Of a stretch of DNA of 64,000 bases, positions 27,685 through 37,481 are shown piece after piece. The position numbers were made by a program, and so were the translations under genes. The stretch is from the NCBI GenBank assembly GCA_017420535.1, contig JAFOIV010000068.1:7541-71540 (forward strand), in the 5' to 3' direction. How positions within the stretch are numbered: position 1 is the first letter of the stretch; the number at the start of each line of letters is the position of its first letter. Below the pieces are notes generated by a model. The model was given only the letters and a program-made list of their open reading frames with translations, was not told the DNA's origin and searched no databases. Origin of the DNA: Eubacterium sp. (lineage in GTDB: Bacteria; Bacillota; Clostridia; Lachnospirales; Lachnospiraceae).

Positions 27685-29110
27685 TAAGAAGATAGAAAGA
27701 AGAAATGAAAATAACAGGAGAAAGAATAAGCCTATAGTATTTATTACTTATGTTATGGTGCTTGTCTTTCTTAGTATGTTTGGGTACCTTATTTATTTTC
27801 AGGTTTTAAAGGCTAAAGACATAGTAGGTAATTCCAGCAATGTGAGACTGGATAATATGTCAAAATATGTCACCAGAGGAGAGATAAGAACTTCTGATGG
27901 AATAGTTATTGCCGAAACACGTACTGATGATGAGGGTGAAGAAGAAAGATATTATCCTTATGGTTCACTTTTTTGCCATGCAGTTGGATATAATGATTAT
28001 GATAAAGCAGGTGTGGAATTAAGCCAGAATTTTAATCTTCTTACAACAAATGTAAATATTGTTGAGAGAGTTAAAAATGACCTGGCAGGAGATAAAAATC
28101 CTGGAGATAATGTGATAACCACCTTAAATTATGATCTTCAGACTGCAGCAAGAGATGCGCTTTCAGACTGTAAAGGAGCAGTTGTTGCTATTGAACCTTC
28201 CACAGGTAAGATTCTTTGCATGTATTCAAATCCTTCATTTGATCCAAATGAAATAGATGATGTATGGAATTATGTTCATTCTGATGAAGGAAAAGACAGT
28301 ACAGTCCTTCTTAACAGAGTAACTCAGGGATTATATGCACCTGGATCCACATTTAAAGTTATCACTTCTCTTGAATATATAAGAGAAAATCCTAATGATT
28401 ATAATAACTATACCTATACCTGCCAAAATACTGATTATTTTACAGGGGTTGAGATAAGCTGTCATGATAATTCGGTTCATGGTGAGGTGAATCTTAAGGA
28501 TTCTCTGGCATATTCCTGTAATACAAGCTTTGCTAATATCGGTTCACAGTTAAATATTCAGAAGTTCAGAAGTACTTGTGATTCTTTATATTTTAACAAA
28601 GCAATTCCTTTTGATAATGTTTCTAAATCTTCCTTTGTATTAACAGGTATAAGTGATAAATCTGAGGTGCCTCAGACTGCAATCGGCCAGGGAAACACTT
28701 TAGTAACACCACTTCACAACTCCCTTATCATGGCTTCCATCGCTAATGGCGGAGTTATGATGAAACCTATGATGATCGATAGAGTAGAAAATGCTGATGG
28801 TGCTTTAGTTAAAAAATATAAACCTGAAGTTTGTGATACTCTTATGACAGTGTCAGAAGCTGAAGAATTAAGAAATCTCATGTCAGGAGTAACAGAATAT
28901 GGAACAGCCTCCTGGAAATTTAGTGGTACATCAATAGTTGGTAAAACAGGAACTGCAGAATATGACAGCGAAGGCCATTGTAATTCCTGGTTTTCTGGCT
29001 TTGATACAGAAAATGACATAGTTGTCTGCTGCATTGTTGAGGATTCGGGTTCTAATGGTTTAACTGGAGTAGAAGTAGCAGGCAGAGTTTTTGACACCTA
29101 CATAAAATAG
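27581..29110 (+). CDS. class B penicillin-binding protein (transpeptidase); start codon uncertain
   Basis: SxxK (GSTFKV), SxN (SCN) and KTG (GKTGTAE) motifs, with one N-terminal TM. There is no in-frame ATG upstream of the TM helix. The candidate TTG starts at 27581, 27605 and 27659 all overlap the SEDS gene. Confidence 0.8.
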   Translation: MLVERQKKLKKKEKISLKEQQNQSGTLNQELLEFDKKIERRNENNRRKNKPIVFITYVMVLVFLSMFGYLIYFQVLKAKDIVGNSSNVRLDNMSKYVTRGEIRTSDGIVIAETRTDDEGEEERYYPYGSLFCHAVGYNDYDKAGVELSQNFNLLTTNVNIVERVKNDLAGDKNPGDNVITTLNYDLQTAARDALSDCKGAVVAIEPSTGKILCMYSNPSFDPNEIDDVWNYVHSDEGKDSTVLLNRVTQGLYAPGSTFKVITSLEYIRENPNDYNNYTYTCQNTDYFTGVEISCHDNSVHGEVNLKDSLAYSCNTSFANIGSQLNIQKFRSTCDSLYFNKAIPFDNVSKSSFVLTGISDKSEVPQTAIGQGNTLVTPLHNSLIMASIANGGVMMKPMMIDRVENADGALVKKYKPEVCDTLMTVSEAEELRNLMSGVTEYGTASWKFSGTSIVGKTGTAEYDSEGHCNSWFSGFDTENDIVVCCIVEDSGSNGLTGVEVAGRVFDTYIK

Positions 29111-29269
29111 TTTTTTCGACATTTTCCATTAAATGAATAAATTCGTTTTTCTTTTATTTGATTATATGTATAAGAGTTGATATACTTTTATACAGATGTT
29201 AATTAATAAATCACATGATGAGTTGTGACTGATAAATAAGACACACCCAAATATGCAGGAGGGATTGCA

Positions 29270-29728
29270 ATGATCGAAGCAACTAGCTGCGGTGGTGTGG
29301 TAATCTTCAGAGGTAAGATTCTTCTGCTTTATAAGAACTACAGGAACAGGAGCGATGGCTGGGTCCTTCCTAAAGGAACAGTTGAAAAGAATGAAGAATA
29401 CAACGAGACCGCTTTAAGAGAAGTAAAAGAAGAGACCGGTGTAAAGGCTCAGATAATTAAATATGTCGGTAAGACTAACTATACATTTACTACATCAAAA
29501 GATGTTATAAATAAAGAGGTGCATTGGTACCTGATGTCTTCTGACAGTTATTATAGTAAGCCTCAAAAAGAGGAATTTTTCTGTGACTCAGGTTATTATA
29601 AATACCATGAAGCTTTTCATTTACTTAAATTTCCTAATGAAAGGCACATTCTAGAACTGGCCTATAGTGAATATTTAGCCCTTAAGAAAGCAAATCTATG
29701 GGACGGTAAAAATATTTTAAATCGGTAA
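29270..29728 (+). CDS. NUDIX hydrolase
   Basis: NUDIX box GTVEKNEEYNETALREVKEETGV. Confidence 0.8.
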   Translation: MIEATSCGGVVIFRGKILLLYKNYRNRSDGWVLPKGTVEKNEEYNETALREVKEETGVKAQIIKYVGKTNYTFTTSKDVINKEVHWYLMSSDSYYSKPQKEEFFCDSGYYKYHEAFHLLKFPNERHILELAYSEYLALKKANLWDGKNILNR

Positions 29729-29733
29729 GTCAT

Positions 29734-30564
29734 ATGAAAGATAAAGTAAATAAAAAAAAGAAAAGCAGTGGAAAAGATAAGATACTAAACGTTTTGCTTG
29801 TTATATTTCTTATTATTTTTGCTTTTTCTGCAGCTTATCTGTTCAATTATTATTATAAGTCATATAAGAACGAAAAAAGTGTAGACAATCTACATAAACT
29901 TATAACAAAAAATGAGATAGAGGAGAGTGATAATAAAGCGAGTCAGTCGGATGCAGATCTTTACATGACCACCTCGGATGGCAAGAGGATCCTTAAAAAA
30001 TATAAGGATATTTATGAATTAAATCATGATTTTATTGGTTGGTTAAAGATCGATGGAACTGCTGTTAATTATCCCGTGGTTTATACTCCGGGAGATGAGC
30101 AGGAATACTTAAGACTTGACTTCGAAAAGAATTATCTTATTGCTGGAACATTGTTTTTATCAGCAAAGTCGGTGCCTGAAATACCAGGAAATAATATGAT
30201 CATCTATGGTCATAATATGAAGAATGGTACAATGTTTTCAGATATTCTTTCTTATAAAGATGAAAGTTTTTATAAAACTCATAAATATATAGATTTTGGC
30301 ACTATATATTATGAGGGTAGATATGAAGTGGTTGCGGCATTTAAAATAAATGTAAATAATGATGGTTTTGATTATTACAATCACTCCGGGGTACTCGGCG
30401 AAGAGGAATTTAAGCAATATATCGAAAATTGCGAAAATTTTTCTGAATATCAATTTGATTCCAAGGCGCAATACGGGGACGAGATAATAACTCTATCAAC
30501 TTGTGATTCTTATGGATCTCATGAGGGAAATAGATTCGTTATAGTCGCTAAGAAGATCAAATAG
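29734..30564 (+). CDS. srtB: class B sortase
   Basis: N-terminal TM, YGHNMKNGTMF, catalytic TLSTC and a downstream Arg (NRFVIVA). Confidence 0.8.
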   Translation: MKDKVNKKKKSSGKDKILNVLLVIFLIIFAFSAAYLFNYYYKSYKNEKSVDNLHKLITKNEIEESDNKASQSDADLYMTTSDGKRILKKYKDIYELNHDFIGWLKIDGTAVNYPVVYTPGDEQEYLRLDFEKNYLIAGTLFLSAKSVPEIPGNNMIIYGHNMKNGTMFSDILSYKDESFYKTHKYIDFGTIYYEGRYEVVAAFKINVNNDGFDYYNHSGVLGEEEFKQYIENCENFSEYQFDSKAQYGDEIITLSTCDSYGSHEGNRFVIVAKKIK

Positions 30565-30567
30565 AAA

Positions 30568-30650
30568 TGCCGGCAGTGGGACTTGAACCCACACGTGGTT
30601 ACCCACAACAGATTTTGAGTCTGCATCGTCTGCCATTCCGACATGCCGGC
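30568..30650 (-). tRNA. tRNA-Leu (anticodon CAA), class II long variable arm, CCA not encoded
   Basis: The reverse complement folds as a cloverleaf: acceptor GCCGGCA/TGCCGGC, anticodon loop CTCAAAA, T-arm GTGGG-TTCAAGT-CCCAC. Confidence 0.9.
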
Positions 30651-30662
30651 GGAACGATATCA

Positions 30663-30691
30663 ATATTATCATAGTTGAGAAGGAGTGTCAA
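30663..30691 (-). promoter_or_regulatory. candidate sigma-A promoter for tRNA-Leu
   Basis: On the - strand: TTGACA, 17 nt, TAATAT. The -10 element ends about 12 nt before the mature tRNA 5' end. Confidence 0.5.
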
Positions 30692-30697
30692 AGGTTT

Positions 30698-30943
30698 ATG
30701 GCAAAAGTTGGTTTTTTTGAAAAGAAAAAGATAAGTAGAGAAATTGAAGATATCATACTCCTTATTGTACAGGATGTTGCTAATAATTATAAAGATAATG
30801 CAAAAGTCAATTTAAAAAAATTGTCTAAAACTGTAGAAAACTATAGAAGGAAAGACAAGCTTGAAGATAAGGACTTTGGAAGATATATGAATATCATAAA
30901 AGAGTATGAAGACAAGCTTTCTAACTGGAAAAGAACTTATTAA
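30698..30943 (+). CDS. small hypothetical protein, 81 aa, Lys/Glu-rich
   Basis: ORF with an upstream gaaggag. No recognisable family. Followed by hairpins. Confidence 0.4.
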   Translation: MAKVGFFEKKKISREIEDIILLIVQDVANNYKDNAKVNLKKLSKTVENYRRKDKLEDKDFGRYMNIIKEYEDKLSNWKRTY

Positions 30944-31028
30944 AGCATTGGAAACTGTTTTTCTTTTAAATGCTTTGATGATTGAAAATGAACTTTTTCA
31001 GATATAAACTGAATACTAAAATCTAGTG

Positions 31029-31069
31029 CAGATGGCTACAATCTAATTATAGATTTGCCATCTGTTTTT
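31029..31069 (+). terminator. rho-independent terminator
   Basis: Stem cagatggc / gccatctg enclosing an inner palindrome aatcta-atta-tagatt, followed by TTTTT. Confidence 0.6.
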
Positions 31070-31074
31070 AGTTT

Positions 31075-31142
31075 CAAAAAAACCAACTTTGCCAAAATCA
31101 AAACCAATTTTGCCAAAACCAAAAACCAACTTTGCCAAAATT
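31075..31142. repeat. three tandem direct repeats C-A(4-7)-CCAA(C/T)TTTGCCAAAA, spaced 21 and 22 bp, upstream of the gal operon
   Basis: The CCAA cores start at 31083, 31104 and 31126. Units 1 and 3 are identical in the 15-nt core and unit 2 has one C-to-T change. Confidence 0.85.
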
Positions 31143-31280
31143 AAAAAATGAACAAATAATGTGAAAATTTAGATAAATTTATTTCACATAAACTTAACTA
31201 ATATAGGGTGGACAATCGGTTGCACAAATGCTATCATAAATTTGTATAAAATAAAAAAGTATAACTATGGAGGTTATCTG

Positions 31281-32783
31281 ATGGAGAAGCTATATAGAGC
31301 AATTGATGATCTGATTTCTTATGGACTTAACAAGGGCCTGATCGACAAAGATGAGGTTATCTATTCAAGAAATCTATTATTAGATCTTTTTAAGGAAGAT
31401 GATTACGTAGAACAAAGTGAAGTTTGTGATAAAGAAGTAAACCTTGCTGACACCCTTCAGATTCTTCTTGATATTGCTGTAGAAAAGGGACTCGTGGAAG
31501 ACAGTGTTGTTTACAGAGATCTTTTTGATGCTCGTATCATGAACTGTATCGAACCTAGACCATCTCAGGTTATTTCAAAATTTAATGATCTTTACAAAGA
31601 ATCACCAGAAAAAGCAACTGAATATTTTTATGATTTTAGTAAAAATACAAACTATATCAGAGTAGACAGAATAGTAAAGGATATGAGATGGGATGTGCCA
31701 TCTGATTATGGAAACATTGATATTTCAATCAACCTTTCCAAGCCTGAAAAGGATCCTAAGGCTATTGCCGCTGCCAGAAATATGAAGAATAGTTCTTATC
31801 CAAAATGTCAGCTTTGCGTTGAAAATGTTGGATATGCCGGAAGAGCAAATCATCCAGGCAGAACTAACCATAGGATAATTCCTATCAGAGTAAATGATTC
31901 TGATTGGGGTTTCCAGTATTCACCATATGTTTATTATAACGAGCATTGCATCGTTTTTAACCAGCAGCATATACCAATGAAGATTGAGAGAGCAACATTT
32001 AAGAAGCTTTTTGATTTCGTTCAGCTCTTCCCTCATTATTTCCTTGGTTCTAATGCGGATCTTCCTATTGTTGGGGGATCAATCCTTTCCCATGATCATT
32101 ATCAGGGTGGACATTATGAATTTGCTATGGCTAAGGCAGCAGTTGAAAATGTATTTAAGATCAAAGGCTATGAAGATGTAGACTGTGGTATCGTTAACTG
32201 GCCACTTTCAGTTATCCGTATCAGCTCTGCAGATCCTGAAAGACTTATTGATCTTGCTGCATATATACTTGATAAGTGGAGAGGATATACTGATGAGGAG
32301 GCATTTATATTTGCTGAAACAGAAGGTGTACCACATAATACTATCACTCCAATTGCAAGAAAGAGAGGCGATAAATTCGAGCTGGATCTTGCACTTAGAA
32401 ATAATATAACAACAGAGGAGTGCCCTCTGGGAGTTTATCACCCACATGCACAGTATCATCACATAAAGAAAGAGAACATTGGTCTTATTGAAGTTATGGG
32501 ACTTGCTGTTCTTCCTGCAAGATTAAAGCAGGAGATATTTGTTGAATTACGTGAAGCCCTTCTTACAGGTAAGGATTTAAGAAGTACAGAGACTCTTAAG
32601 TCACATGCTGACTGGGCCGAAGAGTTTATTAAGTCTTATGAAGATATTAACGAAGACAATATCGATAAGATCCTTAAGGATGAGATCGGTAAAGTATTCG
32701 TTGGAGTTCTGGAAGATGCAGGTGTATTTAAGAGAACAGTTGAAGGAAAAGCAGCTTTCCAGAGATTTATAGAGAGTTTATAA
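31281..32783 (+). CDS. galT: UDP-glucose--hexose-1-phosphate uridylyltransferase (Firmicutes-type, ~500 aa)
   Basis: Active-site region SHDHYQGG. Length and N-terminus are typical of type 2 GalT. ATG at 31281 with the RBS ggagg. Followed by galK and galE. Confidence 0.9.
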   Translation: MEKLYRAIDDLISYGLNKGLIDKDEVIYSRNLLLDLFKEDDYVEQSEVCDKEVNLADTLQILLDIAVEKGLVEDSVVYRDLFDARIMNCIEPRPSQVISKFNDLYKESPEKATEYFYDFSKNTNYIRVDRIVKDMRWDVPSDYGNIDISINLSKPEKDPKAIAAARNMKNSSYPKCQLCVENVGYAGRANHPGRTNHRIIPIRVNDSDWGFQYSPYVYYNEHCIVFNQQHIPMKIERATFKKLFDFVQLFPHYFLGSNADLPIVGGSILSHDHYQGGHYEFAMAKAAVENVFKIKGYEDVDCGIVNWPLSVIRISSADPERLIDLAAYILDKWRGYTDEEAFIFAETEGVPHNTITPIARKRGDKFELDLALRNNITTEECPLGVYHPHAQYHHIKKENIGLIEVMGLAVLPARLKQEIFVELREALLTGKDLRSTETLKSHADWAEEFIKSYEDINEDNIDKILKDEIGKVFVGVLEDAGVFKRTVEGKAAFQRFIESL

Positions 32784-32829
32784 AGAGAGTTTAAAACTCG
32801 GATTAGTATCATTTTCCAGGAGGAATAAT

Positions 32830-34020
32830 ATGAAAGATAAGTTACTTGAGAAGTTTTATGAAGTTTTTGGCCGTGAAGGTGAGGAGCCAGGTGTTTATTT
32901 TGCTCCAGGACGTGTAAATCTTATCGGTGAACATACTGACTATAATGGCGGGCATGTATTCCCATGTGCACTTACTATTGGTACGTATGGTGTAGCAAGA
33001 AAGAGAAATGATAGTAAGCTTCGTTTCTATTCTCTTAATTTTGAAGATAAGGGAGTGATCGAATCTTCAATTATCAATCTTAAGCCAGAGAAGGATGCTG
33101 ATTGGACTAATTATCCAAAGGGGATCATCTGGGCTTTCAATGAAAGAAATTATACTATTCCATATGGTTTTGATCTTTTACTTTTTGGTAATATTCCAAA
33201 TGGTTCAGGTCTTTCATCATCAGCTTCAGTTGAAGTACTTACAGGATTTATCCTTAGAGATTTTTATAAAGAAAACAAAGTATTTGATGCTATTACAAAT
33301 GAGGAACTTGCTATTATCGGTCAGTTCTCAGAAAATAGATTCAATGGCGTAAACTGTGGTATTATGGACCAGTTCGCTATTGCTATGGGAAAGAAAGATA
33401 ATGCTATCTTCCTTGATACTGCAACTCTTAAGTTTGAATATGCTCCTGTTAAGCTTGATGGAATGAAGTTAGTCATTGCATGTTCTAATAAAAAGAGAGG
33501 ACTTGCAGATTCTAAATACAATGAAAGAAGATCTGAATGTGAGGCGGCTCTTAGTGAATTACAGAAAAAAAAGTCGAATCTTAATTCTCTTGGTGAGCTT
33601 ACAGAGGAAGAATTTGAGGAACTAAAGTCTCAGATTTCTGATCCAATCAGGGTTAAGAGAGCAAAACATGCAGTATATGAAAATCAGAGAACAGTTAAAG
33701 CAGTTGCGGCTTTAAAAGAAAATGATATAATTGAGTTTGGCCGTCTTATGAACCAGAGCCATGAATCTCTTTCAAAGGATTATGAAGTTACAGGCATTGA
33801 ACTTGATACTCTTGTAGAAGAAGCATGGAAACAGGATGGCGTTATAGGATCTCGTATGACAGGTGCTGGTTTTGGTGGATGTACAGTTAGTATCGTTAAA
33901 GACGAAGCAGTTGATGCATTTATCAAGAATGTAGGCGAAGCATATGAGAAGAAGATTGGATATGCAGCTGATTTCTATGTAGTTGAGATTGGTGATGGTC
34001 CAAAGAGAATAATCTTATAA
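32830..34020 (+). CDS. galK: galactokinase
   Basis: Galactokinase signature GRVNLIGEHTDYNGG, GHMP motif PNGSGLSSSAS, and GAGFGGC. Confidence 0.95.
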   Translation: MKDKLLEKFYEVFGREGEEPGVYFAPGRVNLIGEHTDYNGGHVFPCALTIGTYGVARKRNDSKLRFYSLNFEDKGVIESSIINLKPEKDADWTNYPKGIIWAFNERNYTIPYGFDLLLFGNIPNGSGLSSSASVEVLTGFILRDFYKENKVFDAITNEELAIIGQFSENRFNGVNCGIMDQFAIAMGKKDNAIFLDTATLKFEYAPVKLDGMKLVIACSNKKRGLADSKYNERRSECEAALSELQKKKSNLNSLGELTEEEFEELKSQISDPIRVKRAKHAVYENQRTVKAVAALKENDIIEFGRLMNQSHESLSKDYEVTGIELDTLVEEAWKQDGVIGSRMTGAGFGGCTVSIVKDEAVDAFIKNVGEAYEKKIGYAADFYVVEIGDGPKRIIL

Positions 34021-34054
34021 TTTTGTAGTCTTTTATTGACGGAGGTATTTATTT

Positions 34055-35071
34055 ATGAAAATTCTTGTAACAGGTGGTACAGGATATATCGGCTCTCATG
34101 CTTGTGTTGAACTTCTTAATGCAGGTCATGAAGTAGTAGTTTTTGATAATCTTTATAATTCTAAAGAAGATGCTATTGATAGAATTAAGAAGATTACTGG
34201 TAAGGATCTTAAATTCTACAAGGCAGATATGCTGGATGTAGAATCAATGCGTAAGGTTTTTGAAGAGAATAAGTTCGATTGTGTTATTCATTTTGCAGGG
34301 CTTAAGGCTGTTGGAGAATCTGTTGCTAAGCCACTTCTTTATTATGAGAACAATATCTCTGGAACTATTAACCTTTGCAAATTAATGAATGAATATGGAT
34401 GCAAGAGAATCGTTTTCTCTTCATCAGCGACTGTTTATGGTTCACCAAAGACAGTTCCTATTACAGAGGATTTTCCACTTTCAACAACAAATCCTTATGG
34501 TTCAACAAAGCTTATGCTGGAGAGAGTTCTCTCAGACTTAACTGTTGCTGATAAGGAATGGAGTGTTGTACTTCTTAGATACTTTAATCCAATTGGTGCT
34601 CATGAGAGCGGACTTCTTGGTGAGGCTCCAAATGGAATCCCTAATAATCTTATGCCTTACATCATGCAGGTTGCTGTTGGAAATCTTCCAGAGCTGGGGG
34701 TATTTGGTGATGATTATGATACACCAGATGGAACAGGTGTAAGAGATTATATCCACGTTGTTGACCTGGCTAAGGGGCATGTTAATGCTGTTGATAAAGC
34801 AACAAGTACTACAGGTGTAAATATCTACAATCTTGGTACTGGTATCGGATATAGCGTACTTGATATTGTTCATGCATTTGAGAAGGCTAATGACCTTACA
34901 ATTCCATATTCTATCAAGCCTAGAAGACCTGGCGATATCGCTATGTGTTATGCAAATCCTGCTAAGGCTAAGGAAGAACTTGGCTGGGAAGCTGAGTATG
35001 ATCTTGAGAGAATGTGTAAGGATTCCTGGAGATTTGCTCAGGCCTATAATGAAGAACAGAAAAATGCATAA
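34055..35071 (+). CDS. galE: UDP-glucose 4-epimerase
   Basis: GGTGYIGSH Rossmann motif and YGSTK catalytic YxxxK, in a 338-aa protein. Confidence 0.95.
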   Translation: MKILVTGGTGYIGSHACVELLNAGHEVVVFDNLYNSKEDAIDRIKKITGKDLKFYKADMLDVESMRKVFEENKFDCVIHFAGLKAVGESVAKPLLYYENNISGTINLCKLMNEYGCKRIVFSSSATVYGSPKTVPITEDFPLSTTNPYGSTKLMLERVLSDLTVADKEWSVVLLRYFNPIGAHESGLLGEAPNGIPNNLMPYIMQVAVGNLPELGVFGDDYDTPDGTGVRDYIHVVDLAKGHVNAVDKATSTTGVNIYNLGTGIGYSVLDIVHAFEKANDLTIPYSIKPRRPGDIAMCYANPAKAKEELGWEAEYDLERMCKDSWRFAQAYNEEQKNA

Positions 35072-35097
35072 TTCATTTAAATTCATATAATTTCTCT

Positions 35098-35139
35098 AAG
35101 GACAGTATTGATTTTTTAATATTGTCCTTTTTTATTTTG
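35098..35139 (+). terminator. rho-independent terminator after galE
   Basis: Stem aaggacagtatt / aatattgtcctt (one G-U pair) followed by TTTTATTTT. Confidence 0.65.
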
Positions 35140-35194
35140 GCTTACTGTGATAACATTAATACGTTGCTAAATATATAATTATAAGGTGATTTTT

Positions 35195-36058
35195 ATGATG
35201 ACTGACAGAAGATATAGACAGAGAAAATTATTATTTTTTTATACAGTATTCACTTTGGTCATATTGACCATCATTTGTATTTTTATCATTTTTTCAACTT
35301 CTGATAAGAAAAAATATAGAAATGCTGGAGTAGAGGCTTTTAAGGCAGGAAAATATGAGGAAGCCATTAAGAATTTTGATAAAGCTTTATCAGAAAAGCA
35401 GTGGTTTGCTGAAAAGCTTAACTTAGATTCAAAATACTATAAAGCAGCATCATATATGAGACTTAACAGATATAGTGATGCCTATGCCATATACCAGGAA
35501 CTGGAGAAAAACGATAATAAATATCTTAACAAAGATGCCCTTAATGGACTTTTAGATCTTTCTAAGACTCTTATGGATACAACAGATGAGAGATTTGGAT
35601 ATACTGACGCAGATGTAGACAAACTTCAGAAATTTGCTGAGTCTGGAAATACTAAGATGTATCTTTATCTTGCTTCAATTTATGAAAAGAATAATGATCT
35701 GGATAAAATGAAAGAGGCTGTAGAAGCTTATATTGAAAAAGAGAAGCCGACTACATATACATCATACCTTCTTTCATCCTATTATCTTGAGAAAGATGAT
35801 ATTGATTCTGCCAGAAAATGTATAGAGACGGGACTTTCATGTCGAGATAATCTTTATGTGGATCTTTTAAGGTTTAATGAAGCTGTTTGTTATGAAAAAG
35901 AAAAAGATTATGAAACAGCTTTTGCGAAAATATCTGAACTTCATAACCAGTATCCGGATAACAAAGAGTTTTTAAAGGAATATAATATTCTTTTATCAAG
36001 GGTAAAACCTGATACCCAGTTCGTTCATACATCATCTGATGCAGATTATTTTGATTAA
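35195..36058 (+). CDS. membrane-anchored TPR-repeat protein
   Basis: N-terminal TM (LLFFYTVFTLVILTIICIFIIF), then TPR-like A/Y-rich helical repeats. The ATG at 35195 is preferred, with the RBS aaggtg. Confidence 0.6.
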   Translation: MMTDRRYRQRKLLFFYTVFTLVILTIICIFIIFSTSDKKKYRNAGVEAFKAGKYEEAIKNFDKALSEKQWFAEKLNLDSKYYKAASYMRLNRYSDAYAIYQELEKNDNKYLNKDALNGLLDLSKTLMDTTDERFGYTDADVDKLQKFAESGNTKMYLYLASIYEKNNDLDKMKEAVEAYIEKEKPTTYTSYLLSSYYLEKDDIDSARKCIETGLSCRDNLYVDLLRFNEAVCYEKEKDYETAFAKISELHNQYPDNKEFLKEYNILLSRVKPDTQFVHTSSDADYFD

Positions 36059-36078
36059 AAAACAGATTGGAACTATAT

Positions 36079-37479
36079 ATGAGATTACCACAGTTATTTA
36101 TTGATAATATGACTAAGCTTTGGGGAGAAGAAGATTTTAAATCCTATGAAGAAGCTTTAGCCGAACCAATGCAGCACGCTCTTCGTGTTAATACAAAGAA
36201 AATATCCGTTGAGGATTTTTTAGCTATATCTCCATTTGAACTTAGTCCGATTCCCTGGTGTCCAAATGGCTTTTATTATGATGATAAGATTTATCAGCCT
36301 TCAAAACATCCTTATTATTATGCGGGTTTATACTATCTTCAGGAACCATCTGCAACATTTCCTGCGGCAACACTTCCTATTGTTCCGGGGGACAGGGTGC
36401 TGGATATATGTGCGGCTCCGGGGGGTAAATCAACTGAGATAATGTGCCGTTTAAAGGGTGAAGGGCTTTTGGTATCAAATGATATCAGTGCATCTAGAGC
36501 TAAAGCACTTCTTAAAAATCTGGAGGTTTTTGGTTCTACTAATTCACTTATTACCTGTGAGAGTCCTGAAAATCTCTCTAAGCATTTTGGATGTTATTTT
36601 GATAAGATAATCATTGATGCTCCTTGCTCCGGAGAAGGCATGTTTAGAAAATCTCAGTCTATGATCAATGCCTGGGAGCAGAATGGCAATGAGTTATTTA
36701 AGAATATTCAGATCTCAATATTAAATGAAGTTGTTAAGATGATAAGGCCAGGTGGAATGATCCTTTATTCTACCTGTACTTTTTCGCCTCTTGAGGATGA
36801 GCAGAGTGTTGAATATCTTCTTTCTCTTGACCCTGCACTTGAAATTGTGGATTGTCCTTATTTTGAGGGCTTTGTAAAGGGACGACCTGATTGGGGGAAT
36901 ACAGATAATCCTGATCTTGGAAAAACAGTTCATCTTTATCCTCACAAGATAAAAGGTGAAGGGCATTATGCGGCACTGATCAAAAAGAAGACTTTAGAAG
37001 AATGTGAAACAGTTCATAACACTTCAGCTCTTGTTTCAGATATGATGGTAAGGACTCCTAAGCTTTCTCTTGAGATAGAAGAGTTTTTAGCTCATATCAG
37101 TAATAAATATGACAGATCACGTTTTGTCTTAAAGAATGATAAGCTTTTTTATATGGATAAAGGATTTCCGGATGTATCAGGGCTTCGCACCCTTAGATGC
37201 GGACTTCTTATGGGAGAGCAAAAGAAGAACAGATTTGAACCTTCTCAGGCTCTTGCCATGACACTTGATGGGGCTTCATTTGATAATAGTCTTAAACTTA
37301 AAGTAGATGACGAAAGAGTTGTGAAATATCTTAAGGGTGAGACTCTTGAAATTACTAAGGAAGACCAGGTAAATGACGGATGGGTTCTTGTATGCATAGA
37401 TTCATATCCTCTTGGATTTGGTAAGCTGAAGAATAATACCCTTAAAAATAAATATCTTCCTGGATGGAGAATGATGTGA
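36079..37479 (+). CDS. RsmB/RsmF-family rRNA (cytosine-C5) methyltransferase
   Basis: SAM motif CAAPGGKS, catalytic DAPCSGEGM and YSTCT, and a C-terminal PUA-like extension. Confidence 0.8.
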   Translation: MRLPQLFIDNMTKLWGEEDFKSYEEALAEPMQHALRVNTKKISVEDFLAISPFELSPIPWCPNGFYYDDKIYQPSKHPYYYAGLYYLQEPSATFPAATLPIVPGDRVLDICAAPGGKSTEIMCRLKGEGLLVSNDISASRAKALLKNLEVFGSTNSLITCESPENLSKHFGCYFDKIIIDAPCSGEGMFRKSQSMINAWEQNGNELFKNIQISILNEVVKMIRPGGMILYSTCTFSPLEDEQSVEYLLSLDPALEIVDCPYFEGFVKGRPDWGNTDNPDLGKTVHLYPHKIKGEGHYAALIKKKTLEECETVHNTSALVSDMMVRTPKLSLEIEEFLAHISNKYDRSRFVLKNDKLFYMDKGFPDVSGLRTLRCGLLMGEQKKNRFEPSQALAMTLDGASFDNSLKLKVDDERVVKYLKGETLEITKEDQVNDGWVLVCIDSYPLGFGKLKNNTLKNKYLPGWRMM

Positions 37480-37481
37480 TT

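Noticed and set aside
29211-29228. Inverted repeat TCACA-N8-TGTGA upstream of the NUDIX gene, considered as a CRP/FNR-type site.
   Set aside because: Half-site orientation and spacing do not match TGTGA-N6-TCACA. Short 5-mers like these are expected by chance in AT-rich DNA.
30943-30980. Hairpin aaagcatt / aatgcttt right after the 81-aa ORF, considered as a terminator or sRNA.
   Set aside because: It has a large 20-nt loop and no T-run. The convincing terminator is the next hairpin at 31029-31069.
31075-31142. CRISPR-like array.
   Set aside because: There are only three ~21-bp units that abut one another with no unique spacers, and no cas genes. Reported instead as direct repeats and a possible regulatory site.
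31208-31225. cre / LacI-family operator upstream of galT (GTGGACAATCGGTTGCAC with a central CG).
   Set aside because: The palindrome is only partial (CAATCGGTTG), with several mismatches to the TGWAANCGNTNWCA consensus. This is too weak to call without a matrix scan or comparative data.
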